This document shows positions 62,702-64,000 of a stretch of 64,000 nucleotides of DNA, in pieces (position 1 is the first letter of the stretch; each line of letters opens with the position of its first letter). The DNA is taken from positions 46,390-110,389 of the forward strand of contig JBGUYY010000086.1 of NCBI GenBank assembly GCA_045222555.1, in the 5' to 3' direction. Made by a program: the position numbers and the translations under genes. Source of the stretch: Bacteroidales bacterium. Lineage in GTDB: Bacteria; Bacteroidota; Bacteroidia; Bacteroidales; WCHB1-69. Under the pieces are notes generated by a model. The model did not search any database, was not told the DNA's origin, and was given only the letters and a program-made list of their open reading frames with translations.

Positions 62702-62749
62702 CAGCCCAAAAATTATCAACAAATTATAAACTAAAAAATCAGTAAAAAC

Positions 62750-63148
62750 ATGTTGAATCATTACGAAACCGTTTTCATTATGACTCCCGTTTTGTCTGAA
62801 GAACAGATGAAGGAAACGGTTAAAAAGTTCGAGAAAGTTCTACTCGACAAAGGAGCAGAGATCGTACACCAGGAGAACTGGGGTCTGCGCAAATTAGAGT
62901 ATCCGATTGCCAAAAAAACGTCGGGCTTCTATCATCTTTTTGAATTTGTTGCCGAAGGCAGCGTGGTGAAAGAGCTTGAGCTCCAGTACCGCCGCGACGA
63001 GAAGGTGATGCGCTACCTGACCGTATCGATGGACAAGCACGCCATCGCTTACGCTGAAAAAAGACGCAATCTGAAGAAAGAGAGAGCAGCCGCTGCTGAA
63101 GCCGCACCTGTAGCTGAAGAGCCCGCTGAAAATACCAACAACGAATAA
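62750..63148 (+). CDS. rpsF: 30S ribosomal protein S6
   Basis: 132 aa. [13 protein letters not shown]...[12 protein letters not shown] is the canonical S6 start. Confidence 0.97.
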   Translation: MLNHYETVFIMTPVLSEEQMKETVKKFEKVLLDKGAEIVHQENWGLRKLEYPIAKKTSGFYHLFEFVAEGSVVKELELQYRRDEKVMRYLTVSMDKHAIAYAEKRRNLKKERAAAAEAAPVAEEPAENTNNE

Positions 63149-63160
63149 GGAGGAAGAATT

Positions 63161-63436
63161 ATGGCACAGCAAACTGACATCAAATACTTGACCCCCATCG
63201 CGGTGGACATCAGAAAGAAAAAATATTGCCGTTTCAAGAAGAGCGGTATCAAGTACATCGACTACAAAGACGGTGAATTCTTGAAGAGATTCGTGAACGA
63301 ACAGGGTAGAATCCTGCCCCGCCGTCTCACCGGTACCTCATTGAAATATCAGAAAAAAGTGGCACAGGCAGTAAAAAGAGCCAGACATCTTGCTTTACTT
63401 CCTTTCGTTACGGACAATTTGAAATCTAACAACTAA
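63161..63436 (+). CDS. rpsR: 30S ribosomal protein S18
   Basis: 91 aa. Contains YIDYKD...[41 protein letters not shown]. Confidence 0.97.
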   Translation: MAQQTDIKYLTPIAVDIRKKKYCRFKKSGIKYIDYKDGEFLKRFVNEQGRILPRRLTGTSLKYQKKVAQAVKRARHLALLPFVTDNLKSNN

Positions 63437-63449
63437 GGAGGGCATTATC

Positions 63450-63905
63450 ATGGAAGTTATCTTGAAACAAGACGTTAAGAATTTAGGCTACGCCGACGAA
63501 ATCGTAAAAGTGAAAGACGGTTACGCCAGAAACTATCTCATTCCGCAAGGTTATGCCGTTCTGGCTACCGAGCCCAACCGCAAAATGCTTGCCGAGACCA
63601 TCAAGCAGCGCGCATTCAAAGCTGAGAAGATCCGCAAGGAAGCTGAATTCCTCGCCGGCAAGATCGAAGGCCTCACGGTGAAAATCGCCGCCAAGACCTC
63701 CGACAAAGGCACCATCTTCGGCTCCGTCACCAACATCGACGTTGCAGAGGCCCTCAAGGCACAGCACGACATCGAGATCGACCGCCGTCAGATCAGCCTC
63801 AAGGACGAGCATATCAAAGAACTCGGCAACTATACCGCCATGGTGGATTTGCACAAAGAGTTCAAAGTATCCCTCAACGTTGAGGTTGTGGCTGAAGAAG
63901 CATAA
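63450..63905 (+). CDS. rplI: 50S ribosomal protein L9
   Basis: 151 aa. MEVILKQDVKNLGYADEIVKVKDGYARNYLIPQGYAV is the canonical L9 N-domain. Confidence 0.97.
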   Translation: MEVILKQDVKNLGYADEIVKVKDGYARNYLIPQGYAVLATEPNRKMLAETIKQRAFKAEKIRKEAEFLAGKIEGLTVKIAAKTSDKGTIFGSVTNIDVAEALKAQHDIEIDRRQISLKDEHIKELGNYTAMVDLHKEFKVSLNVEVVAEEA

Positions 63906-63933
63906 TATTTTTCTTCATCATACGTTTGATAAA

Positions 63934-63958
63934 CCGAGGGAAATCCCCTCGGTTTTTT
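63934..63958 (+). terminator. Rho-independent terminator after rpsF-rpsR-rplI
   Basis: 7-bp stem ccgaggg / ccctcgg with a 5-nt loop, followed by T6. Confidence 0.8.
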
Positions 63959-64000
63959 GTTTTCATCCCAAAACCAGAATCATGAAATTGCTGTATCTCT

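Noticed and set aside
62235-62749. The 515-bp ftsQ-rpsF gap, examined for a small RNA, an rpsF (S6:S18) leader structure, a murC remnant or invertible-promoter inverted repeats.
   Set aside because: Only short hairpins of 6 bp or less are present (for example ggaaaa...ttttcc and gaaaat cctc attttc). There is no ORF of 60 aa or more and no long inverted repeats. The roughly 48-nt rpsF leader shows no obvious stem. A covariance-model scan is needed before calling anything.
1-64000. A search by eye for tRNA/rRNA genes, CRISPR repeat-spacer arrays, integrases or transposases, IS inverted repeats, toxin-antitoxin pairs and known defence-system hallmarks.
   Set aside because: None was recognised. 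All intergenic spacers longer than 100 bp (7414-7591, 17542-17645, 23731-23848, 29836-29990, 30901-31076, 34754-34855, 38418-38552, 49233-49615, 53745-53884, 62235-62749) look like A/T-rich promoter/terminator regions. tRNAscan-SE or Infernal and a defence-system HMM scan would be needed to make this conclusive.
63982-64000. An ATG (MKLLYL...) after the rplI terminator that may begin the next gene.
   Set aside because: Only 6 codons lie inside the window, which is too little to support a feature.

Overview
This 64 kb window is a chromosomal segment of a Bacteroidota genome, probably class Bacteroidia. Three things support that placement: 18 intergenic copies of the Bacteroidetes -7 promoter element TAnnTTTG, seven proteins ending in a type A T9SS sorting domain, and the presence of gldB and gldD together with the ftsX-DUF3098-uppP synteny. 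I call 49 protein-coding genes and found no tRNA, rRNA, CRISPR array, integrase or transposase by eye. The housekeeping genes are nadB, uvrB, ftsX, uppP, ssb, lysS, speB, cdsA, ftsH, rsfS, ftsQ, ftsA, ftsZ, rpsF, rpsR and rplI. They are interspersed with cell-surface and secretion genes:
- a single 10.7 kb gene for a 3,559-aa SprB-repeat/HYR-like surface protein with internal tandem duplications;
- a 1,302-aa papain-fold (C1-like) multidomain T9SS protein, preceded by a small lipoprotein and followed by a partner-less MBOAT acyltransferase;
- a four-gene lipid-linked glycan module (GT-C-like membrane protein, lipoprotein, polyprenyl-phosphate sugar transferase, GT2);
- a gldB-gldD-FKBP(gldI-like) gliding cluster;
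- two tandem CARDB-like T9SS paralogs behind a DUF62 SAM-hydrolase-family gene;
- two tandem S1 endopeptidase T9SS paralogs followed by wbqC.
The strongest candidate for something undescribed is the giant adhesin, together with the dense T9SS cargo set around it. Nothing here resembles a known defence, toxin or mobile system. All family assignments come from motif recognition by eye. No HMM, BLAST or structure search was possible, so every assignment should be confirmed that way.
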